Positions 26,148 through 38,970 of a stretch of DNA of 64,000 nt are shown piece by piece. This DNA comes from Eledone cirrhosa (Eukaryota). The stretch spans positions 102,672,001 through 102,736,000 of the forward strand of contig OZ024743.1 of assembly GCA_964016885.1 (NCBI GenBank), given 5' to 3'. The stretch's first letter is position 1. Each line of letters opens with the position of its first letter. The position numbers and the translations under genes are program-made. Under the pieces are notes generated by a model, which had not been told where the DNA came from, made no database searches, and was given only the letters and a program-made list of their open reading frames with translations.

Positions 26148-26340
26148 ATAATTGTTTCTACTTTTTGGCACAAGGCCATCAATTACCCCAGTGTATTACT
26201 GGTACTTTATTTTATCGACCCCGTAAGGATGAAAGGCAAAGTTAACCTCGGCGGGATTTGAACTCAGTCCGTAAAGGGACGTAACTGTGCTGGAAAGCAT
26301 GGCGTCCGACCCTCTACCGATACTGCCAATCCACCGCCCT
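26148..26340 (-). mobile_element. SINE, full length, with a target-site duplication
   Basis: Reverse complement of the family consensus. TGTGTGTAAAATAAATAATTGTTTC occurs at 26134-26158 and 26341-26365. Confidence 0.9.
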
Positions 26341-27072
26341 TGTGTGTAAAATAAATAATTGTTTCATTTATTAGTCACAATAAAATAAATAATGAAAAAG
26401 CGTAGAAGCAGTTAATTAATCCAGTAGAGTTATCAATATGCGAATTAATCGATGGTTGAGAGGGGTTTCGTTTTTTATTGTGGGGGCCAATTTTGTATTT
26501 GGAGCGTCCGTTTTTTATTGGGTGGTCCGTAGATCTTTTGTTAACACTTTTGAATGTTCCATCCAAAACCCAGGAAATGGCCTTCCTCTTTTTGATACAT
26601 AAATGTAAGTATGCACACGTACACACATATATACAGACACATACATGTATATATACATAGACACACATATATACACATAATATGTATGTATGGGTTATAT
26701 CGAACATTAATAATAACGTTCGATGTGTGTGTAAACAAACGGCCCGATTTGAAGCTGTGCCGTGCCGGTGACCGATCGTCACTTGTTTGTTCAACACTGG
26801 TTTTGAGAACAATTAACATGTTTATGGGTCATTACCCTTTATCAGGACTGTATACCTCTGCCAGTCTGTTTAACGGTTGAAAATATATAGTATTTTCTTA
26901 AGTACACATCGTCTGACTAGTCTCATTTGCATACTAAGTGAATTACGGTTGGCCTTGCCGAATATTAAAGATAAGATTAGAATTTTATTTCTCGCCCTTA
27001 CACAGCTGATACATTAATGTAAGTATTCACGCATTCATGTATCAACTGTGCTAGGGCGGAAATAACATTCTA

Positions 27073-27199
<127 letters not shown>

Positions 27200-27440
27200 A
27201 GGAGATTATAGTTTACTTGAAGCATTGTGTAATGAGGTATAAACGTTTGTATATGTATAAGAAAGCCAGAACAATGCAGGTATGGACATAGAATAAAGAA
27301 TGCAAATGCAAAAGATATTGTTGACAATTAGTCTTTTACCTTAGATTTATTTAAATGTCCTTAATTTTCGAGATAATATCTCTTCTTCGGAGGGAAGTAA
27401 AGCGGTTAGACCAGTGTTCTAAATAGCTTGCCAAGTCAAT

Positions 27441-27513
<73 letters not shown>

Positions 27514-27516
27514 GTT

Positions 27517-27742
27517 TGTGAGAAAAACCACAGACCCTCCATCTCAACTCACCTTTTGAAAAGCAGAAGAACTGCGAAACCGGTAAAGGAACCAAATAAA
27601 TATATATATTTAAAAAAAAAAAAATAAAAAAAAAAATAAAAAATAAGACTCCAGTTGCATTTTCGATTTCATCTCTTTTTCTTTATACTTTCACTCGTGT
27701 AGGACACCTCGGTTATTTTTCATTTTGTAAAAAAAACCTCAC

Positions 27743-27750
<8 letters not shown>
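27517..27750 (+). mobile_element. Solo PLE family-A terminal repeat inside (TA)n
   Basis: Near-identical to 4463-4680. Confidence 0.8.
27552..27589 (+). ncRNA. Minimal type I hammerhead ribozyme motif, U3-A8 variant
   Basis: CCTT-TTGAAAA-GCAG-AAGAA-CTGC-GAAA-CCGG-TA-AAGG: stem I CCTT/AAGG, stem II GCAG/CTGC, palindromic stem III ACCGGT, GUA cleavage triplet. Confidence 0.7.
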
Positions 27751-27786
<36 letters not shown>

Positions 27787-27840
27787 CCTTTGCCGAGAAT
27801 AAGTAAGTGACATAGTCTAACGAGTAGGTCCGAGCATTTT

Positions 27841-28222
27841 ATAATAACTAGAAATTGATTAATATATATATAAACATGAATAATCACGAACCTACTATGA
27901 TGTGTGTATTTCTAGTAAATACTCCACGTGGTGATGGCCAGCCGCAGATTTTTAACTTGTTGTGTAAACACGGATTGCTGGAAATTTCTTCCTTGTTGAA
28001 AATCCAAATCCCCACTTCGGTGATTTACCATCCGATTAATTGGTGAAATATATTTCTTTAATGGAATATATACAGGGAAGATTAATCATATTATAAGGTA
28101 TCTATTTTTGAAGTTCTGGTCAACTTTATTTAGTTACCTACCTAGCTATGTGTGTTTACACACTTGTAAAAATTATCTCCTGTGATTATTCATGTTTATA
28201 TATATGTTAATCAATTTCTAGT

Positions 28223-28230
<8 letters not shown>
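27841..28230. mobile_element. ~390-bp element with ~46-bp terminal inverted repeats (MITE-like)
   Basis: ATAATAACTAGAAATTGATTAATATATATATAAACATGAATAATCAC at ~27841-27887 and its reverse complement at ~28182-28228. Confidence 0.65.
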
Positions 28231-28308
<78 letters not shown>

Positions 28309-28869
28309 CTATACGCATACATGCATATATACTTACAGATATGAATATGAATATACAAGTTCTAATGCATGCATATATACAATGGGCGGGAGATGTGTTA
28401 TACGCTTTTGGGGGATTGCTGGGGGATAGTGTTGGTGAAGGCGGTGATGCTGGTGTGGGGGAATGAGTAAACAATATAAAGCAACGTAGTTAAAAATTAA
28501 ACAATTAAGTATGATGAAGCTTGTGGAAATATTAGATTATTGAATAAGAAGTGGGGAGCAGAGATATCTAAGTCTGGGTGAATGTAGGACGATGGGTGTG
28601 ATGGAAACTATGTTGAATGGGTGAGTGGTGGTAGGGTGGTATTGGTGTTAAGTAAGTTTGTGAAGTATATAAGATATATGAATATATCTTATAGAAATAT
28701 ATATATATTGAATTATGTATGATGATGATTGTGGTCAACGTATGTTGATGCCCTAAGGACAGGCACTGGTCTGTTGGAGACGCAGGACATGACAGCGATA
28801 ATGAGGGACAGAGACCGCTGCAGAGAACTCGTCATGGATCTCGGGAATTTTACCCGCCCTAGATATATA

Positions 28870-29127
28870 TATATGTTTGAAAACCCTCTTCAGTCCCAAT
28901 TGACCGTGGGATTTGCACCTAGAAAGTTCCCCTCCGAGGCACAAGTCGGGCAAGGTTGTTTGTGGAAGATCAGCAGTCGTTCATGCATACCAGCCTCTCT
29001 TCTTCACGCCACTGATGTTGTCCAAGGGAAAGGTAAAGGCCGAACACAATGCAAATCCCGGTTCGAGAATCGAACTCACAACCTCACGATTGAAAGCCCG
29101 AAGCTCCAACAACTAAGTCATGCGCCT
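28870..29127 (-). mobile_element. tRNA-derived SINE of a second family
   Basis: The minus strand starts GGCGCATGACTTAGTTG (A-box-like) and contains GAGTTCGATTC (B-box). No complete cloverleaf. Confidence 0.6.
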
Positions 29128-29130
29128 ATA

Positions 29131-29533
29131 TCTATATAATACTAAAACTCTGTGATTGCTTGCTTGCTTGCTGGCTGGCTGGCTTGTCTGTAATGTAATA
29201 CAGCCAAAAGGGCGCATAATGAGAACATATTTTGAAATGGGGATACAAATGGAATAAAACAATTTTCGCGTAAATTGAACCACGGGTTCCTGAGTATGGG
29301 GTTTCTCCAGGTACCTTCATAAACAGAGAGAAAGAGAGAGAAATATAGAAAGACATAGTGGTTGTCAGAGAGTAGATTGAAATAGAGACGTAGAGAGAGG
29401 GGTAGGAGACAGAGAAGGAGAATGGAAGAGAGAGAGAGAGAGAGCTGGTAGTGTTGTTGTGTATATATATATGTGTGTGTGTGTGTATGCGTGTGTGTGT
29501 GTGTCTATGACCAGTGTAAATAGATCACAGACA

Positions 29534-29584
<51 letters not shown>

Positions 29585-30375
29585 GTGAGGTTTTTTTTTA
29601 CAAAATGAAAAATAACTGAGGTGTCCTACACGAGTGAAAGTATGAAGAAAAAAAGATGAAATCGAAAATGCAACTGGAGTCTTATTTAAAATAAAATATA
29701 TATATTTATTCGGTTCCTTTACCGGATTCGCAGTACTTCTGCTTTTCAAAAGTAGAGTTGAGATGGAGGGTCTGTGGTTTTTATCACATCTGGTTGGTCT
29801 TTGAATGTTACTTGTTTTATATGGGAAAAAGTGGCTCGAAACGCCAAGGTTTTTAGAGAAGTAATTTGATTGGTTGCTCAATAATTATAATAAATTTCGC
29901 GCAAGTTCGCGTTACAAAGTACTTCAAACAAGGGGGCGGGCTCAGGTTGTTTTTTCATATATGAGTGTTTGAATTTCTTTTTACTTAATAAAAAGGGTCT
30001 CCCGAAACTTTTTTTTTTTTTAAGTAATTTGATTGGTTATAAATGAAATTATGGCTGTCACGTGAACAAGTTTTCACTAAATCGCGTCCGTATTTGGAAA
30101 TTTATTCTGTAGCCTTTTTAGAGAATCTTATGACAAGCAAAAGATAATGGTCAAGAGAAATGGGATGAGAGAATTGTTCTGGTTCAGTGAATATGGTTGG
30201 TTCGCTGGGGGTGTCAGAATTCAGATTTTCTATTGAAATATATATATATATATTCATTTCACATTATATACATGTCTGTGTATATTTTAATTATTTAAAA
30301 ATTATCTTTAAGTGAACATGATTTTTAAAATATATCTTGATTCGAATGTGACCCAGCGGGTCACGGGTTGTTTAG
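29131..30375 (+). mobile_element. Probable non-autonomous Helitron carrying a nested PLE end
   Basis: 5' end A|TCTATATAATACTAAAA. 3' hairpin GTGACC-CAGCG-GGTCAC lies ~10 nt before TTAG|T, one mismatch from the canonical CTAG. Confidence 0.55.
29578..30238 (-). mobile_element. PLE family-A 3' UTR / terminal repeat fragment in (TA)n
   Basis: Collinear with ~7005-7820 but lacking the SINE. Mutated hammerhead motif at ~29716-29753. Confidence 0.85.
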
Positions 30376-30819
30376 TATATATATAAAATACACTGATTAT
30401 GTTTCAACAAAGGGTAAAAAATAAAATTACGATTTTTATGTCTATTCCAGTTACTCGAAGCACGAGTGGGTGTCCTTGGCGGAAGTGCAGTGGAAGCATT
30501 CATAAATCGTATTCACCGGCCAATTTTCCATGCCTCACAAAATTATCTAGTTAATTCATCTGATACTGGTATCCGAATGTTAATGTAAGTATAAATTTTA
30601 AATATCTGAAAATAGTTACTGTTTGTATATTTTGTCTTATATTCAGTATATCGTACATCATATCTGTTTCTGCCTTAATATCATTACCGTAAGATTAATC
30701 AAACATAAAATATCATGTTGGTTCGTACACAGTATCTAACCCCAACTATCTGACACACGTAATTGTATTTGCAACTTATACAATGTGACTTTATATATAT
30801 ATATATATATAATCGTAAT

Positions 30820-32305
30820 AATAATTTCTTTATAGGCCACAAGGGCCGACATATAGGGGACAATACAAAAGACAGGGACGGTGGGGGATGGGGGAGGGGT
30901 TTACAGAATAATCGAGTAAACCACATAAAAAATAACAATAAACAATATAACATTACAATATAAATTCCTCAATGGGGAAGATCGAACCAGGATTAATTCA
31001 GGAACCCAACCAATCTTGAACCCAGGACGCTCCAAGAACCTTCAAGGAAGGCAGCCTTCTATTTTCCTAATCAGCCAGCCGACAGGTACATTGTAAGAGA
31101 AGGTTCATTCACACGGGTGATCCTGGGAACATTCACCCATTATTCAGCAAATGTACTGGGTGTGGGGAGAGGGGGAAGCACTTCCCTCTCCACCCTCACC
31201 TTCCATTCCAAGTAAAACTTGCAAAAGTTAATGAGCGATTTCCCGAAGAGAAAAGTGTATGTCATCAGTCCTTTCAATCTCGTAAACCACACAACTTCTT
31301 TCGCTACAGCCACAAGCAGAGGAAAACTAACCTCTCTTCCCGGGCGATATTCTCGATGGTCTCGTTCGATAGCGTGCTCTGTTTCACGTGTGATAACAAC
31401 TGTTCAACATAACTCTACAAGATAGTTATGGGCCTGAAATTTTCTAAAGTGTCTCTTTGGTTCTCGCCTCTCCTCATCGGCGTTACTACGCCCCAGCTCA
31501 CAGAATTGGTAATATCTCGTTCTGTTGCCAGTTGCAATAGACCGCTTCGGGGTGATCGGAGAACAAGTCTAGCATATCTACATAAAACTCGAAGGACAGG
31601 CCATCCAAACCGGGTGACTTGTGCCTCGTGCAGCTGACAAGGGCATCACGAATATCGGCTGAAGTTATCGGGCTTTCGCAGCAGTAAGCATCAACTGGCG
31701 GGAGGCGCGGGAGACCATTGAGCGAAGAACGGAAATCCGCTACCATCTTCGACCTTCCGCTTCCCCAGAACAATCGAGCAAAGAGCTGGCAATAGGCCGC
31801 AAATATCTGCCTGGAATCGTTCAGCACGCATCCGTCTTAGTCCGTCAAAGATAGAATGGTGCTTTTGTTACCAGTCTGCGTATCTGCCACTCGGGCCCAT
31901 TGACCAGCTTTGGTTCCCTCGTTTCTTAGAGCACGCACCTTAGCTCTGACAATGCCATCTTCATGTTTCGTATTGGTCTAATGCCATTCCCGGCGCTAGC
32001 AAGTTAGTTGCAATGTCAATCTAATCGCCTCGTCTAATTAGCTACCAGATCCTCCTCCTGTCTAATTTTTTTATCACTACTTCTTTACCTATTGAAACTA
32101 CCTCAATCTGGCTCTTGAGAGCACCCCACCACCCATTGTTGACGAGCCGCTGCCACCTTACACTTAATTAAACTGGTAACTAGGTCCCTGTAGACTTCAC
32201 CCGCTGAGAATGACGTATTCAGATCCTAACCTACATGTGCTATCTAGGTCAACCATGCAGATCACAATGTTGAAATTTTCGAAGAGGTCGATCAAGTCTT
32301 GGCAT
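30820..32305 (-). mobile_element. Old, internally deleted L1/Tx1-like LINE
   Basis: The 3' end resembles the other copies (TTTCTTTATAGGCCACAAGGG). KSPGLDGLSFEFYVDMLDLF occurs in ORF 31498..31827. Most of the RT is missing. Confidence 0.8.
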
Positions 32306-33239
32306 TCAGTTAGAGAGACGGAATAGCAGATGGGACAAATGGTTGAATGCCAGCTGTATCGGCTGTGGTAAGTTTCAAATTGTAGGCAACTAACTATTGT
32401 ATTAAATTATATGATGTTTACATTAAGAAAAGAAGAAACAAACATAATGAAAGAGGAAATGAGAAGAGATGTGTAGACTCTACATCCCAGTTAATGCGAT
32501 ACATACCACGGTCAAATAGAATAGTCACCTAATGGAGTAGTAGAGAAATGTATGTGTATGGACCAGTAATTCATAATAAAGTCATACGGGTGTTGTTGTG
32601 ACATAAGGGGTTTCTTGGGCATTTTTAAAACTGACCCGAACCCATCTCCTCTCCCGGTCTGAGCACAACCGATTTTAGGTTGACCAGAAAATGATAGAGA
32701 GTTAGAGAGGGGAAGGAGAAAAAGGATATTGAAGAAGCATCAACGTCAGTACTGGACTCATGCTTTACCTTGAATGAATAAAAAAGCAAAATTGAATTCG
32801 GTAGGATTCTATATGTCGCTCTAACAAATCTGCCAATTCGCCACCCGGGATAAAATTATATCGTGGTAAATACAGAATGTAGTAAAATAACTATTTTATA
32901 GTGGATATTTGCGTTTGTAGTGTCATATATTTTCATAGTTTCATGAACATATGTGAAGAACCATGAATAATATCAAAGCACACGATCTGATGTGATAAGA
33001 GTATGAAAAAGAATATGTAAAAAAAAAACTGTTTATTATATTATAATATTCTATTTTCAAATGTATTTCGTTCATTCGTTCCGTAAGTGTTTATTTAGTC
33101 TTCACTTTGGCACAGTATAGAGATGGGAACTTAAGCAAAATATTGATGGTGTGAAAATATACGTGAATAGGGATATGAAAAGAATCAAGAAACGGATGTT
33201 GAGTGGGTGGCATAATAATGGTTTCTGATTCAGGCACAA

Positions 33240-33435
33240 CGCTAGCAATTTGAAGAGGAGGGGATAATCGATTAAATCGAACCCAGTGCATTACTGGTAC
33301 TTTATTTTATCGACCGCGTAAGGATGAAAGGCAAAGCTAACGTCGGTGGGATTTGAAGTCAGAACGTAAAGAGCCGTAACTCTATGCTGCAAAGCCTGTT
33401 ATCCGGCGCTCTACCGATTCTGCCAATCCACCGCA
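33240..33435 (-). mobile_element. SINE (diverged copy)
   Basis: CTGGTACTTTATTTTATCGAC...GGATGAAAGGCAAAG...TGCCAATCCACCGC. Confidence 0.8.
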
Positions 33436-33967
33436 TAATTATGATATAGAGAAATGTGATTTATATGGAAAAGTATAAAAGAAATTGTTTATATAACAGT
33501 AAACAATGGATGACAGATTAAATCTGAGATTATGATTTCATTTTCTAATTCTTCTGTAAATCATCATTATTATATATTTATTTCTGCATAAATATATTTC
33601 TGCATAAATATATTTTATATTTTAATTTAATACAATTATGTATTGAAATGTTTACGTGAAAAAAGATTTAGTTTTCCGAAAAATCTCAAATTATAATGCT
33701 TATTACATCGTTGAATTCCTTTTCAATTGTCTTAAATACACTCTATAATCATAATCATCTTCAGTAACACTAGCAGGAAATTTACTACGACTACTACTGC
33801 TAATATCGTCATCATCATCATCATTAACATCATTGATATTTCTGCAAGTATTGTTATTATCGACATGCTCGTTATCATTCTTGTCATGGTGATATGTTTA
33901 TTGTTTAAAGCTGATATACTTGCCCCAAGACAATAGACATTTTAAGTTGCCGTATGTATGTACGTGT

Positions 33968-34580
33968 GTTCTTCACAAATTTTTGCCAAAAGAGAGAGAG
34001 TCGGTTTCTAACATAGACACAAGACTCTCTCATTGGAATTTACACAACAACAACTAGGTAGATTATTTATGTATGCATGTGTAGATATGGATGTTAGTGT
34101 ATGTGTGGATGTTGATGTTTTGAGTTGTATGTGTGCATGTGTATATGCTTTGAATCTGTACATGTGTATATGCAGTTATTAGATGCAACATTTTTGGAAT
34201 GTTTTACAAAGTTTTACTGCTCCATTAATAGATTGTACTTGTAATTTCCTAACTAGTTGTGTTCTTTCTCTTCCTGTGAAGCCTAGCTTCTCAAGATTTG
34301 TATTGAGGCAGTTACTAACATAACCCAGTGCCCCAATAATCACAGGCATAAATCTGAAGGTGTAATCTGGGTGGAGTATCTGCAGATTTCTCATCAGTTC
34401 TGCATAAATATTCTCCTTTTCGCTAATCTTTGATATTATATTGGGATCTGCTGGGCAGCTAATTTCCACTACTGGGCATGCTTTCTTCTCCCTGTCCCAT
34501 ATCATAATATCTGGTCTGTTATGCCTGAATTTTATTGGGGTTTCTACTGGAACATTCCACAAGTACTCTTTCATATTATA
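33968..34580 (-). mobile_element. 5'-truncated R4-like RLE retrotransposon (endonuclease plus 3' UTR)
   Basis: ORF 34179..34574 has RPDIMIWD...VEISCP...KENIY. It duplicates ~34640-35250. Short TATG repeats lie at both ends. Confidence 0.9.
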
Positions 34581-34639
34581 TATATGTATGTCTTCCTTTA
34601 TATTATGTATATGTACGTATGTATGTATGTTCTTCTGGT

Positions 34640-37600
34640 TTTATAATTTGACAATTTTTTCCCAATAGAGAGAGAGTCGGTTTCTAACATAAACACAAGA
34701 CTCTCTCATTGGAATTTACACAACATCAACTAGGTAGATTATGTATGCATGCATGTGTAGATATGGATGTTATTGTATGTGTGGATGTGGAGGCTTTTAG
34801 TTGTATGTGTGCATGTGTATATTCTTTGTATATGTATATGTGTATATGCAGTTATTAGATGCAAAGTTTTTTTGAATATTTTACATATTTTTACTGCTCC
34901 ATTAATAGATTGTAATTTCCTAACTAGTTGTGTTCTTTCTCTTCCTGTGAAGCCTAGCTTCTCAAGATTTGTATTGAGGCAGTTGCTAACATACCCCGGT
35001 GCCCCAATAATCACAGGCATAAATCTGAAGGTGTAATCTGGGTGGAGTATCTGCAGATTTCTCATCAGTTCTGCATAAATATTCTCCTTTTCGCTAATCT
35101 TTGATATTATATTGGCATCTGCTGGGCAGCTAATTTCCACTACTGTGCATGCTTTCTTCCCCCTGTCCCATATAATAATATCTGGTCTGTTATGCTTGCA
35201 TTTTATTGGGGTTTTTACTGGAACGTTCCACCAGTACTCTTTCATATTATGTACGTGGATGTCTTCCACATTGCTGTAGATTTTAATGTGTTTATTATCG
35301 GGGCTATCTTTTTTACGGACTGTACTGTACTGTGTTTTGGCCACTATATCATGCCTCATAGATAGATAGTAACGCGATGACATCTTTGGACAGCTACTGA
35401 TGACATGGGTGATATCCTCGATGTTAGTTCTGCAGAGGCTGCACTTGTTACCACATCTAGGTGTTTTGCCTGCATCCATATCTCTTTTGTGAATCAGGTT
35501 TTTCGTGTTAATATCCTGTTCTTTGATTGCAAAAGCGTATCCTTCAAAGTGGGAGCCAATATAGCGGTTGTTGGTCCAAGATAGACTACTTCCCTTATCT
35601 ATATTACTCTCGCTCTGGGGCTTCCTGGCCACATATCCATGCATGATTTTTTGCTGATAAGCATGCAGCTTTTCATCCATAGATTCACTGTGATAGTGCT
35701 GAGCGACTTCTCTGGGTGTGAGTTTTTGATTATCACACAGGGAATAGCTCTCGAGGCGTTGCTTCACAACTCTCATGATCTTATCTGTTTCATGCAGATA
35801 GACTTGCTCGATAGACGGGCTCCTACGCTTCGAGGTTCGTAGATGTTGTCCGAGGGATATGATGCGACATTCAAATGCTGTCTGGACAGATGTTAGGCCT
35901 CTGCCTCCCTGCTTACGTTTCAAGTAAAGGCGGTCTATGCCACTGTTGATGTGGAAGTTTCCGGTGTTGTTTAGTATTTTTCGAGTTCCAACATCAACTG
36001 CTCGGATTTCGTCTCTCGTCCAATTGAGTATTCCAAACGTTGGTGTTAGGACAGGCACAGCAAACACATTGTGAGCCACAGTTTTGTTTTGTGCAGAGAG
36101 TTCCGATGACCAAAGCTCTCTTAATCGGGTGTAGTATTCCCTGGTTACGTGTTCCTTATTACAGATACCATTATAGGATATGTCCTCATCTATCCCCAAG
36201 TATCTGTAGCAGTCCTCATCAGATATCGGTGAAACAGTTAGGCCATTCATGACAATGTTGCTAGATTGGGTTGTTGTTTTTCCCCGCTTTACAGTCATAT
36301 ATGAGCCAAACTACATTCATATATCCTTTGAGAGCGCTTCATCCCATCCCTGTTCTTGGCATTTAGTTTCAGATCGTCCACAAAGAAATTATGGATTAGG
36401 TTCGTGTTTCTGTCCTCCTGTGAGCCAATGATGTATCCTTCACATTTCTTGAGCAGGAAGGTCATGGAGTTTAATGACAGGATGAATAATATCACAGAGC
36501 GACTGTCTCCCTTAAATATATGCCTGGGATATTTTATTTTATCAGGGAAAATAGAGTCTTCCCTCTCTGTCTTTAACCTTAGGACAGTAACCCAAGTAGA
36601 AGACAGCCTCTCTATGGCTCTGACAATAATGTCTGGGACTTTAGCAAGTTGGAGGGCCTCTATAATCCAAGAGTGGGGAACAAAATCGAAAGCTTTGCTG
36701 TAGTCCAGCCAGACTGTAGCCATATTCCTCCTAAGTTGTCGCACCTCCGACATCGCAGTTTTGTTGATTAGGAGTTGTTCAGCACATCACCAAACGCCTT
36801 TCTTTCCAACTGCTTGTTCATCTGTGATGATGTTATTATTTCCACAATGATATTGGAGGAATAGGTTCAGGCAGGCTGTATACATCTTATACATCAGGTT
36901 CTGGCATGCAATGTGTCAGTATATTTTTTGCCAAGTGGGTGTCTTTCTTGGGGGGGACCAGTAATGTTTGTGCTAATGTCAACATTGTGGTATAAGTGTA
37001 TCTCCCATAAGAACTTGTTGGTAGAAGTCAGTAAGATACCTCCGATAGAATATCAGTTTTTTTGTAACAGTAGCCGGCAATCATGTCTTTTCCTGGTGTT
37101 TTCTTATCTCGGAGTTTTCCTATCACAGTCTCAAGGGTACCCTCCCTTATTTCGTATATTTTTGTTGTAGTGTAGGAACAATAGTTCTTTCGGATTTCTT
37201 TTAACCACACTGCATCTTGGTTGAAATTCTTCTTTTTACCCCATATTTTGCTCCAAAAGGAATCTATGTCTTTCTGGGATGGGGCCTCAGTGGCACTTAT
37301 TATTTTGTTCTTCATACCTCTATAGACTGATGTTTGGTTTCGTCTGAATCTTTTATTAAGCACATTTCTCTCATCTACCTTCTTCAGGTATCGGCGTTTT
37401 TCGCTAACAGATCTCAATTATTGTTTGAGGGTGATCAGATTATATTGAAGAGTTCTGGTTCCACTGTTACCAAACATCGTCTCTATTTTATTTTTCACTC
37501 TTTGTTGGTGAGGAGTGAGGTTTTTTTGTGTTTGTTTGCATGTAAGGAGCATTGTCACATATCCTATGGTTTTTCGTAGGTCAGCAATCTTTTTTTCTAT

Positions 37601-38830
37601 TTTAGTTATATATGATGGTATGTTTGGTGGTGTTTTGTTTTTGTCAATATCTCTGCTATCACCAAGATAATGCTTCACTCTCATTGCTAAGGCATATAAA
37701 CAGGCGTTGATTTGCCAAAATGTTGAGGTTTTTATCCGTCGTAAATATTCATCCTCTATTTCGTCAATAACACGTAATATTTCATTATTTGGTCTTTTAT
37801 TAAATATTGTCGTTTTAATACGTTCAGCAAGAGAGATATTTATACATGAATTAATATCTCTCTGGAAGATTTCGTTGAGGGAAATTTTCAATTGTTTATA
37901 CTTTTGATTATTATCATTATCGATAGTATTTTCCACAATAGTCGATGTAGACTCGGATGGTACACGTGGTGTCAAATTTCTTCGATTATTATTATTATAA
38001 GGCAGTGGATTGGCAGTATCAGTAGAGGGTCGGACGCCATTCTTTGCAGCAAAGAGTTACGGCCCTTTACGGTTTGAGTTCAAATCCCGCTGATGTTAAC
38101 TTTACCTTTCATCCTTACGGAGTCGATAAAATAAAGTACCAGTAATGTACTGGGTAAATGCTGGCCTTGTGCCTAAAGTAGAAACAATTATTATTATTTC
38201 TTCGATTATTATTATTATCGATATTGTTTTCTCCAGCATTCGAGGTAGACTTAGGTGGTACAGGTGGTATAAGTTTCTTACAGTCATAGTCATTTCAAGG
38301 CGCTGTTCGACCTGGCCGCTAGGAAGTCTAGTAGCATGGCGACCTGTAGCACGTGTTGTTGATCCCATGTTTGTTGTGGGGGACTTACAATTAATAATAC
38401 TTATCTTATTTTTACGTTCAACAAACGTCGCTTGTTGGCGTAATTGTTTCGCTGTGAAATAATTTAGCTCTGGGTGCATTTCGTCCCAGTGTAGCTTCAT
38501 TCTGTTCATATAGACAATGGAGGGATTGCTTTTTGCCATTTCATAACAATTAAATAAATCATTATTAAGTTCGCAACTCCCTGAGAAATGCGATTTATTA
38601 TTTCGGTTTCTTCTGTAGCTACAACTGAATAAAGTTTCTTTACATTTCTTGTTGTTTGTCTTCGATACTTCCTTAATTCTGTTGTTGATGTTATGTTCAG
38701 CTATGCTGTTTGTAGCAAAACCTTGTAAAATGAATTATGTATTTAGTCGGATATCTCTACGAATTCGAATAAAAGGTGTCTTCAGAAGATATAGTTAGAA
38801 GAATAACCAGTAATTCAACATGACTGTAGT
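34640..38830 (-). mobile_element. Near full-length decayed R4-like RLE retrotransposon
   Basis: Fragments include the N-terminal region (38102..38539), PGKD, WLDYSKAFD, FKGDS, FFVDDLKL, CSLC..H..C, RHD and RPD..EISCP. Paralogous to the 1169-aa ORF. Confidence 0.92.
37999..38195 (+). mobile_element. SINE inserted into the R4-like ORF, with a 23-bp TSD
   Basis: ATTTCTTCGATTATTATTATTAT occurs at 37976-37998 and 38196-38218. Confidence 0.92.
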
Positions 38831-38970
38831 TGTGGCATTACTGTCGGAGATTGTATTTAGCTTAAATTTAATAGTCTTCCACCCCAAAATATGCGACTGA
38901 TCGCGTTGACTGTGTGTGTATGTATGTATGTATGTATGTATGTATGTATGTATGTATGTATGTATGTATG

